DNA of 64,000 nucleotides from an uncultured Actinomycetota bacterium (GTDB taxonomy: Bacteria > Actinomycetota > Actinomycetes > Mycobacteriales > Mycobacteriaceae): the NCBI GenBank assembly GCA_963834955.1, contig CAWIDX010000040.1, positions 31,573-95,572 on the forward strand, in the 5' to 3' direction. The notes beneath the pieces are model-generated. The model was not told the DNA's origin, did no database searches, and was given only the letters and a program-made list of their open reading frames with translations. Both the position numbers and the translations under genes were made by a program. Position 1 is the stretch's first letter, and each line of letters begins with the position of its first letter. This document shows, one piece after another, positions 24,204-35,328 of this stretch.

Positions 24204-25432
24204 TTGGTATCCGCCAATGCTTGTTGAATGGATTGAGTGCGCGCGAGCTCATGTTCAATGGCACCGGTGAGGCGTTCGCGGATCGCAGGCACGGCGATCT
24301 TGGCGATGATCTCGCCGAAGAATCCGCGCACGATCAGCCAGCGGGCCTGGTCCTCGGGAATACCGCGCGACCGCAGATAGAACACCTGCTCGTCGTCGAA
24401 TCGTCCGGTGGCGCTGGCGTGTCCCGCGCCGACGATCTCACCGGTCTCGATCTCGAGGTTGGGCACCGAGTCGGCGCGAGCACCGTCGGTGAGCACCAGG
24501 TTGCGGTTCACCTCAAAGGTGTCGGTCCCCTCGGCGTTCGCGCGGATCAGCACATCGCCCACCCACACGGTGCGGGCGTCCGGACGCGGTGAGCCAGGAT
24601 CACCTTGCAGCGCACCCTTGTACAACACGTTGGACCGGCAGTGCGGCTGCGCGTGGTCGATCAACAGCCGCGACTCGAAATGCTGGCCGTCGTCGGCGAA
24701 GCACAGCCCGAGCAACTCGGCATCGCCGCCGGGCGCCGTGAACCGCACCCGTCCGGTGAATCGCACCAGATCACCGCCGAGTGTCACGGCGACGTGACGC
24801 AACACGGCGTCCTTGCCCAAAGTGGCGTGGTGCATGCTCACGTGGACGGCATCGTCGTTCCAGTCAGCGATCGAGACCACGGTGAGCCGCGCGGCGTCGC
24901 CAACCACGAATTCGACGTTGTCGGCGTAGGTTCCGCTCCCTCGCTGATCGATCACCACCACGGCTTCGGCTAGCTCCTCGGCGCGCACGTGCACATGCCC
25001 GTACGCGGTCGCGCCTTCGCCGGGGCCGGTGATGGTGATGTCGATCGGCTGCTCGAGCGCGGCCTTGCGCGCGACGGACACCACGGTCGCGTTGTTGAAG
25101 GACGAAAATGCCTGCGCGGCAATGCGGTCGGCCGGAATGCCGCCGTGGCCGAGGCGTTCGTCGCCCCGGCGTACCGATTCGACAGTCACGCCGGCCTGCT
25201 CGGTCACCTCGATCGTCGCGGCACCCGTGGCCGGTGCGGACCCGTCGTGCAGGCCGCGCAACCGGCGCAGCGGGGTGAACCGCCAGATCTCATCGCGCCC
25301 GCCGGGGACCTCGAACGCGTCGACGTCGAACGAGGTGAAGATCTCGCCCTTGTTGGCAGCAGTTAGGGCTGAGCCCCCAACCGCTTCAGTCAGCGCTGCT
25401 GTCTCTCCCGTCGCTTCGCTCGCCTGAGTCAC
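24200..25432 (-). CDS. sufD: Fe-S cluster assembly protein SufD
   Basis: EIWRFTPL, ADSVPNLEI, GHASATG and FYLRSRGI. Confidence 0.93.
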
Positions 25433-27988
25433 TAGCCGACCGCGCCTTCCATCTGCAGCTCGATCAGCCGGTTGAGCTCCAGCGCGTACTCCATCGGCAG
25501 CTCCTTGGCGATCGGCTCGACGAAGCCGCGCACCACCATCGCCATGGCCTCGTCCTCGGTCAGCCCGCGGCTCATCAAGTAGAAGAGCTGGTTCTCGCTG
25601 ACCTTCGACACCGTCGCCTCGTGGCCCATCGTGACGTCGTCCTCGCGGATGTCGACGTACGGGTAGGTGTCGCTGCGGCTTACCGTATCGACCAGCAACG
25701 CATCGCATTTGACGCTCGACTTCGAGTTGTGTGCGCCCTTGTTCACCTGCACGAGGCCGCGATACGACGTGCGACCGCCGCTGCGGGCCACCGACTTCGA
25801 GACGATGTTGCTCGAGGTGTTGGGCGCCAGGTGCAGCATCTTCGCGCCGGTGTCCTGGTGCTGGCCCTCGCCCGCGAACGCCACCGACAAGACTTCACCC
25901 TTGGCGTGCTCGCCGGTCATCCACACCGCCGGGTACTTCATGGTGACCTTGGAACCGATGTTGCCGTCGATCCACTCCATGGTGGCGCCGGCCTCGGCCC
26001 GGGCCCGCTTGGTCACCAGGTTGTAGACGTTGGCCGACCAGTTCTGGATGGTCGTGTAACGAACACGCGCATGCGGCTTGACGATGATCTCGACGACCGC
26101 GGAGTGCAGCGAGTCCGACTTGTAGATCGGCGCGGTGCAGTTGTGCACCGCGAACCCGTACGCCAGGTAGCTGTCCGGCTCCTCAACGTCGAGGTTGAAC
26201 ACCGGCTCGTGGGCCTCACGCACGGCACGCTTCTTGATCGGCACGGCGAAGTAGTCGCCGCAGTCACGCGCCTGCCGAGGGCCCTTGCCGCCTTCGGTCC
26301 ACTGCACCTGGTAGATGTCTTTGCGCACGATGTTGCGTCCTGGGGGCCCCTTGGGGGATGACACCCGGGCCGCCCGGACGGCGGAGTTCGACTGTGGCGT
26401 AATGCCCCAGCCGCGCGAGGATCGCCTGCAGCTGGAAGGCCCAGACGCGCGAGGTGGTGTGGACCCGCTTCCACAGACCGCCGCCGCGGCTGGTGACGTT
26501 GCCGTCGCCGTTGACATAGGCGTCGACAAGCTCGCGCAGGAACGTTTCGTCCTGGCGCATCAGGGTGTCGGACAGCTTCTTGTTGGCCGAGCCGACACCA
26601 ACGTGATGGCGCATCGCCGCATAACCGGCCTTGGTGTACACGGTCACTCGCGCGGAGTGCTTGTGCTCCTCGATGAGAACGGATCCCGCCGTCTCGTACA
26701 GCGACTTGCACGCCTGTCGCACTTCTTCGACATAGTCGAACTCGCTGCTGTTGAACGAGAAGATCAGCGACTCACACTTATTGGTGAGCGTGGCATGACC
26801 CTCAGCCAGGTAGTAGCCGGCGAGCCGAGCGAACTCCAGCGGTAGAACCGTCTTGTGCGGCAACGGCTTCGGCTTGGGGTAGACCAGGAAGTCGCCCTCG
26901 GCGACGTCCTTGGCCGCAATCCACCGCGGCTCTGTGGTCTTTAGCTTGGCGGTGTCGACCTCCGGCTGCCATCCGTTGCGTGGCTTGCGATGAGACACGG
27001 ACTTCGTCGCGCGGAATCAACGAGCAAGCGGATGTTCGGCCGTTACCGAGAAGGCGTTGGCCGGCGACATCGGCGTGAAGGTGAACAACTCGCCGTTCAG
27101 GTCGCGCATCTGCACCGCGGTCACTCGGTGCGGGCGGCCGTCGTGGCCGACGACGTGGTCGCCGACACGGACGGACTCGATCGGCCGCAGATCGCCGTCC
27201 GCCATCGTGACGAGTTCACCTGCCGGCAGGCAGCCCTCGACGTAGTGCACGTAGGAGCCCTCGTCGGCGATGATCAGTGTCCGCTCGAACTGACCCATAT
27301 TCTCGGTGTTGATGCGGAAGTAGGCCTGCAGCGGGATGTCGACCTGCACACCCGGGGGCACGTAAATGAAACTGCCTCCCGACCACACGGCGGTATTCAG
27401 CGCAGAAAACTTATTATCACCCGCTGGAATTACGGTACAGAAATACTTCTTAAAGACATCTTCGTGTTCTCGCAAACCAGTATCAGTATCTAAAAAGATA
27501 ACTCCCTGCGCCTCTAAATCCTCTCTGATCTGGTGGTAAACCACTTCGGATTCGTATTGTGCGGCTACTCCAGCAACTAATCTTTGCTTTTCTGCCTCAG
27601 GGATTCCGAGCCTGTCATAGGTGTTTTTGATGTCATCCGGCAAATCGTCCCAAGTTGCGGCCTGCTTTTCTGTCGACCGCACGAAGTACTTGATGTTTTC
27701 GAAGTCGATATCGGAGAGGTCGGCGCCCCAGTGCGGCATGGGCTTGCGATCGAAAATGCGCAGCGCCTTGAGCCGGCTCTGCAGCATCCATTCCGGCTCG
27801 TTCTTCTTGGCCGAGATGTCGCGCACGACCTCCTCGGACAGCCCGCGCTGCGCGCCGGCGCCCGCGACGTCGGAGTCGACCCAGCCGTAGCCGTACCGGC
27901 TCAGCGAGGCGATGGCCTCTTCCTGACTGAGCAGTGTGGCCGGCTCGGAAACTGGGCGTGCCTCCGAGGTCTCCTGGGAGAGGGTCAT
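25432..27988 (-). CDS. sufB: Fe-S cluster assembly protein SufB with intein; apparent frameshifts lie inside the intein
   Basis: N-extein ends [11 protein letters not shown]...HYVEG; C-extein starts [17 protein letters not shown]. Confidence 0.93.
26140..27232 (-). mobile_element. SufB (Pps1) intein with LAGLIDADG homing endonuclease
   Basis: Starts CLPAGELV; block B TAEHP; LAGYYLAEG and VDAYVNGDG motifs; ends FNLDVE...FAVHN followed by Cys+1. Confidence 0.92.
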
Positions 27989-28052
27989 GCTGACGCTCCT
28001 TCTAGGTCGTTGCGTCTTCGGCGCGGGCTGTGCACCGAAGTTCGGGCTGTAG

Positions 28053-28727
28053 CTAGTGGCTCACCGGGGTGAGCGGGACGTGTGTCGTGCACACGCAATC
28101 TCCGTTGACGATCGTGGCCAGCCTCTGCACATGGGTTCCCAGTACATCAGCCATCGCCTGCTGCTCGGTTTGGCACAACTCCGGGAACTCCTCGGCCACA
28201 TGCGACACCGGGCAGTGGTGCTGGCAGATCTGAACTCCCTGGAACTGTCCACCGACTTTGGTGGTGGTGGTCGCGTATCCGGCCTTGGTCAGCGCCGCGG
28301 CAATGCGCTCGGCCGTGGCCTCGACATCCGCCGGCCCGTCGTCCGTGCCGGCCAGGATGGCATCGATCCGGCGCCGAGCGAACGTGCGCACCGCCTCGTC
28401 GCCCCCGATCTCACGCAGCTGGCGCATCGCGGCGACCGCCAGATCGTCATAGGTGTGCCCGAGCTTGGCGCGCCCCGCGGCCGTCAACCGATAGCGTTTG
28501 GCCGGCCGCCCGCGACCTTGCTGCTGCCAGGACGCGGCGGGAATGGCTTCTGCGTCGCCTGCGTCGGTCAGCACATCGAGGTGCCGACGGACGCCCGCGG
28601 CGGAGATACCGAGCCGCTCGCCAATGTCTCCCGCGGTGATCGGACCCGCCTCCAGCAACAGCTGAACGATCGAATCACGCGTTCGATGGTCCGTTCGATG
28701 GTCACTGTCGCCGGTACGGATTTTCAC
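28053..28727 (-). CDS. sufR: SUF operon regulator (Rv1460-like)
   Basis: [19 protein letters not shown], and C-terminal CQHHCP..C..C Fe-S ligands. Confidence 0.9.
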   Translation of the reverse strand: MKIRTGDSDHRTDHRTRDSIVQLLLEAGPITAGDIGERLGISAAGVRRHLDVLTDAGDAEAIPAASWQQQGRGRPAKRYRLTAAGRAKLGHTYDDLAVAAMRQLREIGGDEAVRTFARRRIDAILAGTDDGPADVEATAERIAAALTKAGYATTTTKVGGQFQGVQICQHHCPVSHVAEEFPELCQTEQQAMADVLGTHVQRLATIVNGDCVCTTHVPLTPVSH

Positions 28728-28740
28728 AACACCATTGTGA
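28724..28740. promoter_or_regulatory. inverted repeat over the leaderless sufR start; probable SufR operator
   Basis: TCACAA-N5-TTGTGA; on the minus strand CACAAT lies 6 nt before the GTG start. Confidence 0.6.
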
Positions 28741-28829
28741 CGGAATTCGCTGGGTAGGTCCAGCCAGGCCACCCTTATGCCAGCGCGCCGACCGGCAGCG
28801 GCCCCGTCGGGGCCGGTTACGCTGCTCAG

Positions 28830-30587
28830 ATGGCAGCCCGCCTTCGGTCCTTCAGCGCTGTCATCACGCGCTGGCACGCCGACGAGCGTCCCGTCGGGTC
28901 ACCGCTCAACCTCGCCGAGGTCGTCGCGCTGCGACGGACCCGACTGTTCGGCGCTACCGGCACAGTACTGATGGGAATCGGCGCGCTCGGCGCGGGAGCA
29001 CGGCCCGTCGTGCAGGACCCGACCTTCGGCGTGCGTTTGCTCAACCTTCCCTCGCGAATTCAGACGGTGTCGCTCACCATGACCACCACAGGCGCGGTGA
29101 TGATGGCGCTCGCGTGGCTGATGCTGGGGCGTTTCGCGCTGGGCCGGCGGCAGATGTCGCGCGGCCAACTGGACCGCACTCTGCTGCTGTGGGTGTTGCC
29201 GCTGCTGATCGCCCCGCCGATGTACAGCAAGGACGTCTACTCCTACCTGGCGCAAAGCCAGATATCGCGACTGGGCCTCGATCCGTATCGTGTCGGACCG
29301 GCATCCGCATTGGGTCTGGACCATGTCTTCACCCTGTCGGTGCCCAGCCTGTGGCGCGAAACCCCCGCGCCCTACGGTCCGCTGTTTCTTTGGATCGGGC
29401 GCGGAATCTCGGCGCTGACCGGTGAAAACATCGTCGCGGCGGTGCTCTGCCACCGTCTGGTGGTGCTGATCGGTGTCGGGCTGATCGTCTGGGCGACGCC
29501 ACGGCTGGCGCGGCGCTGCGGCGTCGCCGAGGTCAGCGCACTGTGGCTGGGGGCGGCCAACCCGTTGCTTTTCATGCACCTGGTCGCGGGCATCCACAAC
29601 GAGGCGTTGATGCTCGGGTTGATGCTTGCCGGCGTCGAGTTCGCGCTGCGCGGCATCGAGTCGACCCGGCGGCTGATCCCCACAGACCGGCAGTGGCCGC
29701 GGCGACTCGCCGACTTGCCGGAGTGGTCACCCCTGGCGATGCTGCTCCTCGGCTCGGTGTTGATCACCATGTCCTCGCAGGTCAAGCTACCCTCGCTGCT
29801 GGCGCTCGGGTTCATCGCGGTGGCGTTGGCCCATCGTTGGGGCAGCACCCTGAAGTCGTTCGTCGGCGCGGGCGTGCTGCTGGCCGGGCTGTCGCTTGCC
29901 GTGATGACGCTCATCGGCTGGGCGAGCGGCCTCGGATTCGGCTGGGTGAACACCCTGGGCACCGCAAACGTCGTGCGCAGCTGGATGTCACCGCCAACGC
30001 TGCTCGCGCTGGGAACCGGCCAGGTGGGGATTCTGCTCGGGCTGGGTGATCACACCACTGCGGTGCTGTCGCTGACTCGTGGCACGGGCGTCGGGCTTAT
30101 CGCGGTCGTGGTGTCGCTGCTGCTGTGGGTCGTGTTCCGCGGCCGCCTGCATCCCGTTGGCGGCCTGGGCGTGGCACTGGGTGCGACGGTGCTGCTGTTT
30201 CCGGTGGTGCAGCCGTGGTACGTGCTGTGGGCGATCATTCCGCTGGCCGCATGGGCGACGCGGCCCCGGTTCCGAACGGCCACGATTCTGGTCACGCTCG
30301 TGATCGGAATCTTCGGCCCGACAGCGAACGGTGACCGGTTCGCCCTGTTCCAAATCGTGGATGCGACTGTGGCATCGGCGATCATCGTGCTGCTGCTGAT
30401 CGTCGTGACCTTCAACCGGTTGCCGTGGCGGAGCTTGCCGGAGGTGATTACGGGCAACGTCGATATCAATGGCACCGAGGAACACTCGCGCGACGAAGAA
30501 TCCGATGTTGACGACCGCCCCGAACCTGAGGCACAGCCGGTGCGTCCGTCCACGCCAGTACCCGGCGCCTACGCTGAGTCCCCGTGA
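28830..30587 (+). CDS. mptB: alpha-(1->6)-mannosyltransferase
   Basis: GT-C motifs SKDVYSYLAQ, PAPYGPLF, HNEALM and QPWY; Rv1459c synteny. Confidence 0.9.
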   Translation: MAARLRSFSAVITRWHADERPVGSPLNLAEVVALRRTRLFGATGTVLMGIGALGAGARPVVQDPTFGVRLLNLPSRIQTVSLTMTTTGAVMMALAWLMLGRFALGRRQMSRGQLDRTLLLWVLPLLIAPPMYSKDVYSYLAQSQISRLGLDPYRVGPASALGLDHVFTLSVPSLWRETPAPYGPLFLWIGRGISALTGENIVAAVLCHRLVVLIGVGLIVWATPRLARRCGVAEVSALWLGAANPLLFMHLVAGIHNEALMLGLMLAGVEFALRGIESTRRLIPTDRQWPRRLADLPEWSPLAMLLLGSVLITMSSQVKLPSLLALGFIAVALAHRWGSTLKSFVGAGVLLAGLSLAVMTLIGWASGLGFGWVNTLGTANVVRSWMSPPTLLALGTGQVGILLGLGDHTTAVLSLTRGTGVGLIAVVVSLLLWVVFRGRLHPVGGLGVALGATVLLFPVVQPWYVLWAIIPLAAWATRPRFRTATILVTLVIGIFGPTANGDRFALFQIVDATVASAIIVLLLIVVTFNRLPWRSLPEVITGNVDINGTEEHSRDEESDVDDRPEPEAQPVRPSTPVPGAYAESP

Positions 30588-31516
30588 ACCCACGCCAGCC
30601 CATTCCCGTTCGGCTGCACGGGGTCACGAAGAGCTACGGATCGACCACGGCGGTGTGCGAACTCGACCTGGAGGTCGGGCCGGCTGAGGTATTCGCGCTG
30701 CTGGGGCCGAACGGCGCCGGGAAGACCACGACGGTCGAGATGTGCGAGGGCTTTGTGCGGCCCGACACCGGCACCGTCGAGGTCTTGGGCATGAACCCGA
30801 TCGCCGACAACGCCCGCCTGCGTGAACGCATCGGCGTGATGCTGCAGGGCGGCGGCGCGTATCCCGCAGCTCGGGCGGACGAAATGCTCAACCTCGTCGC
30901 CGCCTACGCCGCCAACCCGCTCGATCCGCAGTGGCTGATGGACACCCTCGGGCTCGCCGACGCCGCCCACACCACCTACCGCAGGCTCTCGGGCGGCCAG
31001 CAGCAGCGGCTGGCACTCGCGTGCGCACTCGTCGGCCGCCCCGAACTGGTGTTCCTCGACGAACCCACCGCGGGTCTGGATGCGCACGCCCGGCTGGTGG
31101 TGTGGGAACTCATCGACGGCCTGCGGCGCGACGGCGTCACGGTTCTGCTGACCACCCATCAGCTATCCGAGGCGGAAGAACTCGCCGACCGGCTGGTCAT
31201 CATCGACCGCGGCCATGCCGTCGCCGCCGGAACACCGGCGGAGATCACGCGCAGCGGAGCGGAGAACCAGCTGCGCTTCACCGCTCCACGCATGTTGGAT
31301 CTGTCGTTGCTGGCGTCGGCGCTGCCAGAGGGGTACCGCGCCACCGAGGTATCGGCCGGCCAGTATCTGGTCGAGGGGCCGATCGATCCGCAGGTGTTGG
31401 CGACGGTGACGGCCTGGTGCGCGCGCCTGGGCGTGCTCGCCACCGACATGCGGGTAGAGCAGCGCAGCCTCGAAGACGTGTTCTTGGAGCTGACCGGACG
31501 GGAGCTGCGACGGTGA
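30584..31516 (+). CDS. ABC transporter ATP-binding protein (Rv1458c-like)
   Basis: GPNGAGKT, LSGGQQQR and LDEPTAGLD. Confidence 0.92.
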   Translation: MNPRQPIPVRLHGVTKSYGSTTAVCELDLEVGPAEVFALLGPNGAGKTTTVEMCEGFVRPDTGTVEVLGMNPIADNARLRERIGVMLQGGGAYPAARADEMLNLVAAYAANPLDPQWLMDTLGLADAAHTTYRRLSGGQQQRLALACALVGRPELVFLDEPTAGLDAHARLVVWELIDGLRRDGVTVLLTTHQLSEAEELADRLVIIDRGHAVAAGTPAEITRSGAENQLRFTAPRMLDLSLLASALPEGYRATEVSAGQYLVEGPIDPQVLATVTAWCARLGVLATDMRVEQRSLEDVFLELTGRELRR

Positions 31517-31565
31517 CCCGCATCGGGTCTGCGGTCGGGGCGTCGAGTCTGACGTGGAGCCGGCG

Positions 31566-32339
31566 ATGAGCGGGCAATTCGCCCCGGGAACGTTCACGCC
31601 CGACCCGCGGCCCAACACCGTGCCGCGCATGCTCGCGGCCCAGTTCGGCCTCGAGCTGAAGCTGCTGCTGCGCAACGGCGAACAGCTGCTCTTGACTCTG
31701 TTCATCCCGGTGACGCTGCTCGTCGGGTTGACGCTGCTGCCCCTCGGCGAGTTCGGGGATAACCGTGCCGCGACATTCGTCCCGGCGATCATGGCCCTGG
31801 CCGTCATCTCGACCGCGTTCACCGGGCAGGCGATCGCGGTGGCCTTCGACCGGCGCTACGGCGCGCTCAAACGGCTTGGCGCCACGCCACTTCCGGTGTG
31901 GGGCATCATCGCCGGGAAGTCGCTGGCCGTGGTGACGGTGGTGTTCCTACAGGCGATCGTGTTGGGCGCGATCGGCATCGCTCTGGGGTGGCGCCCCAAT
32001 GTGCTCGGATTGACGCTGGGCGCGGTGGTCATCGCGCTCGGCACCGCCAGTTTCGCCGCGCTCGGCCTGCTTCTGGGCGGCACGCTGAAGGCAGAGGTGG
32101 TGCTGGCACTGGCGAATCTCCTGTGGTTCGTCTTCGCGGGGCTCGGCGCGCTGACACTCAACGGCGGAATCGCCCCCAGCAGCGTCGAATGGGTGGCCCG
32201 ACTCACGCCATCGGGCGCGCTCACCGAGGCACTGTCGCAGGCGATGACACCGTCGATGGACTGGTTCGGCTTGGGCGTACTCGCGGTATGGGGCCTGCTG
32301 GGCGCTCTGGGGGCGCTGCGCTGGTTCCGGTTCACATGA
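31566..32339 (+). CDS. ABC-2 permease (Rv1457c-like)
   Basis: Multiple TM segments; FDRRYGALKRLGATPL. Confidence 0.9.
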   Translation: MSGQFAPGTFTPDPRPNTVPRMLAAQFGLELKLLLRNGEQLLLTLFIPVTLLVGLTLLPLGEFGDNRAATFVPAIMALAVISTAFTGQAIAVAFDRRYGALKRLGATPLPVWGIIAGKSLAVVTVVFLQAIVLGAIGIALGWRPNVLGLTLGAVVIALGTASFAALGLLLGGTLKAEVVLALANLLWFVFAGLGALTLNGGIAPSSVEWVARLTPSGALTEALSQAMTPSMDWFGLGVLAVWGLLGALGALRWFRFT

Positions 32340-32830
32340 GGGTTGGTCGTCATCGAGCCGTGTGGCAGCCGATTCGCGAGCGCGTTGTTCACCGACGCCT
32401 GGCGGGGCTGATCGGGCAAACACCGGCCGAGATCGTTGCCGTCGACATTCCACTTGGGTTGGTGAAGGCGGTTGGCGTCACGCTGACGTTGCCGCCAAAG
32501 CGCTGCTGGGCCGACGGTCGTCAACCGTGTGCCTGACACCGCCGCGAGCGGCCTTCGCCGAGCGGACCCACGTCGCTGCCACGGCACGGTGCGCGTCGAT
32601 CAACGGCCAAGGCTTCAGCATTCAGGCAAGGGACCCTCGTCCAAAGGTCCTGGAAGCCAACCAAGTTCGAGAGGACGACAGAGTGCTATCCGAGGTTCAC
32701 ACTGAAAGTGTCGTTCACCGCGATGGCATTCCGACCAAACCGCCTGGAAAGTAGACCTGGGCAGGCCACCGTGTCAGCCTTCGACTGCTTGCCGGCGCGA
32801 GCATCGAGTTTGCGGACGGGCAAGTATCCA
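32340..32830 (+). pseudogene. DUF429 predicted-nuclease remnant
   Basis: Across frameshifts: VAVDIPLGL..GWRHADVAAKALLGRRSSTV..TPPR..GQGFSIQA..EVHTE. Confidence 0.6.
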
Positions 32831-33054
32831 TCTGTTAAATGTGCTAAGCATCGGCGGTGAGAATTTGTTATGGGCCTTCTTCCCGGCGCCGGTCAGCAAA
32901 GAAGTACGATGATGGCGCCGACAGCGGCAAGGTACCCACAGACCCGGCCGAAGCGGGCGGGCACATTGTCCCGAAATGGTGTGGTTTGTACGGTGGCTTA
33001 GTTCACAGGTCGGCCAGGGAGGTCAGGGCTGATTTGCCAACGAGGACGGTGTGA

Positions 33055-34246
33055 GTGCACATAGGGGGAAGCGCACGAGACCATAAGGCCATCGAGTGGG
33101 CGCGCCACCACATCATTCGAGCCGCACGTATGCCGGCATCTGGTCTGGTCGTCATTGCTCGGTTGGTATTGGTCGGCGCTGTCGTGGCCGCGCCGAGTGC
33201 GGTCGTCACTCTTAGATCACCTTCCCAGGACCCCGCGGTCCGGCAGTTGGCTGCCGTGATACCGCACCCCGCCAACACGGAGGGGCTCTCGGTCGCCCCG
33301 CCGTCGGCGAGTTTCCATCTCGCCGTGTCGAGCATCATCGCGCCACCGCCGCCCGCCGTCGTCAGCCTGCCTGGTGTGTTGGGCATCCCCGCAATGGCGC
33401 TGACGGCATACCGCAATGCCGAGCGTGTGATGGCGCAGGCCATGCCCGGTTGCGGGATCAGCTGGAACCTGCTGGCCGGCATCGGGCGCATCGAATCCAT
33501 GCACGCCAACGGTGGTGCCACCGATGCCCGCGGCACCGCCGTCAACCCCATCTACGGCCCGGCACTCGACGGGTCACTGCCCGGCAACGAGGTCATCGTC
33601 CAGAGCCGCGCCGCCAATGGTCACACGATCTATGCCCGTGCGATGGGCCCGATGCAGTTCCTGCCCGGCACCTGGACGCGCTACGCCGCCGACGGCGACG
33701 GCGACGGTCAGACCGACCCGCAGAATCTGTTCGACTCCACCCTGGCTGCTGCCAGCTACCTGTGCAGCGGCGGGCTGAACCTGCGCGACCAGTCTCAGGT
33801 GATCAGCGCGGTGCTGCGCTACAACAACTCGATGCCTTACACCCGAAATGTGCTGGGCTGGGCTGCGGGATATGCCACCGGCGTCCCTCCGGTGGACTTG
33901 CCGCCGATCACCGGGCCGATTCCGCCGATCGGCGACAGGCGCATGCGAAACCAACCCCACCAACGTCGACCCAGCCGACGGCGCCGCCGGCACCCAGCCT
34001 CTACCGGACGAAACATTCACCGGAAACCCGGGCGACGATGGCACCGCCTTGGATCAGGCCGGCGGCACGTTGGGCCTAAGCGCCACCAACGCGGGTGACC
34101 GCGGTAATGGTAAGGGCGGCCACAGTGGCGCTGGCGGTAACCGCGGCAACGGCGGCGCCGCGAAGGCAGGGAATGGTGTAGCCAACGGGGTCACCGTCGG
34201 CAACGGCCGCAACGGCGGTGCCCGCGGCACGGGCGATGGTCGATAA
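33055..34246 (+). CDS. lytic transglycosylase-domain protein with Gly-rich tail, frameshift near 33950
   Basis: LLAGIGRIESMHA, AMGPMQFLPGTW, DGDGDG..DPQN and YNNS. Confidence 0.8.
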
Positions 34247-34333
34247 TCAACGTCGTCGGGTGAGCCCCGGCAGCAGGTACTCCAGCTTGTCGACGAAGTG
34301 TTGGTGCCCCTCGTAGCGCCGAAGAAATGAGCT

Positions 34334-34365
34334 ACTACGGCTTGTAGTTGCTGGTCCACTACGAT
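34334..34365 (+). promoter_or_regulatory. ACTAC-N5-GTAGT palindrome and TACGAT -10 box of leaderless ctaA
   Basis: Palindrome at 34334-34348; TACGAT at 34360-34365, 6 nt before the GTG at 34372. Confidence 0.5.
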
Positions 34366-34371
34366 CGGGCC

Positions 34372-35328
34372 GTGCCCGTCGGACGGATCTTCCTGCGGCT
34401 GGTGGACGTGCTTCCCCTGCCGAGTCTGCGCACGCAGCGCGTGATCGCCGCCGCGGTCGTCATCACCCAAGCGTTGATCGCGGTGACCGGCGCGACGGTG
34501 CGCGTGACCGCGTCCGGCCTCGGCTGCCCGACGTGGCCGCAATGCTTCCCGGGCAGCTTCACCCCAGTCGCGGTTTCAGAAGTGCCGCGGATTCACCAAG
34601 CCGTGGAATTCGGCAATCGCCTGATCACGTTCGTCGTGGTGCTGACCGCCGCGCTGGTGGTGCTGGCGCTCACCCGTGCGCGGCGGCGCACCGAAGTGCT
34701 GATCTACGCCTGGCTGATGCCGGCGTCGACCGTGGTGCAGGCCGTCCTCGGCGGGATCACCGTACTGACCGGCCTGCTGTGGTGGACGGTCGCGCTGCAT
34801 CTGCTGGCGTCGATGGCGATGGTGTGGCTGGCGATGCTGCTGTTCGTCAAGGTAGGTGAGCCTGACGACGGCGCGCCTGCGCTTCGGGTTCCACAGCCGC
34901 TGCGGTGGTTGACGGCACTCTGCGGCGTCACGCTGGCGGCCACCCTGATTACCGGCACCCTGGTCACGGGCGCCGGGCCGCATGCCGGCGACAAGAGTCC
35001 CACCCGCACCGTGCCGCGGCTGCAGGTGGAGATCACGACGTTGGTTCATGCCCACTCGTCGCTGCTCATCGCCTACCTGGCGCTACTGGTCGGGTTGGCT
35101 TTCGGCCTGTTCGCAACCTCCGCGCCGCGGCTGATCATGCGCCGGCTCGGTGTGCTGGTCGCGCTGGTCGCCGCGCAGGCGCTCGTCGGCGTCGTTCAGT
35201 ACTACACCGGCGTGCCCGCGGCGTTGGTGGCGATCCACGTCGCCGGGGCGGCGGCGTGCACGGCGGCCACCGCAGCGCTATGGGCGTCGATGCGACAGCG
35301 GGCCCAGCCCGAGCCGCTCCAAGGCTGA
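34372..35328 (+). CDS. ctaA: heme A synthase (COX15/CtaA)
   Basis: VRVTASGLGCPTWPQC, EFGNR and TGAGPHAGD. Confidence 0.9.
   Translation: MPVGRIFLRLVDVLPLPSLRTQRVIAAAVVITQALIAVTGATVRVTASGLGCPTWPQCFPGSFTPVAVSEVPRIHQAVEFGNRLITFVVVLTAALVVLALTRARRRTEVLIYAWLMPASTVVQAVLGGITVLTGLLWWTVALHLLASMAMVWLAMLLFVKVGEPDDGAPALRVPQPLRWLTALCGVTLAATLITGTLVTGAGPHAGDKSPTRTVPRLQVEITTLVHAHSSLLIAYLALLVGLAFGLFATSAPRLIMRRLGVLVALVAAQALVGVVQYYTGVPAALVAIHVAGAAACTAATAALWASMRQRAQPEPLQG

Noticed and set aside
28680-28703. 12-bp duplication (DHRTDHRT) in the sufR N-terminus
   Set aside because: In-frame slippage in a variable region with no evident consequence
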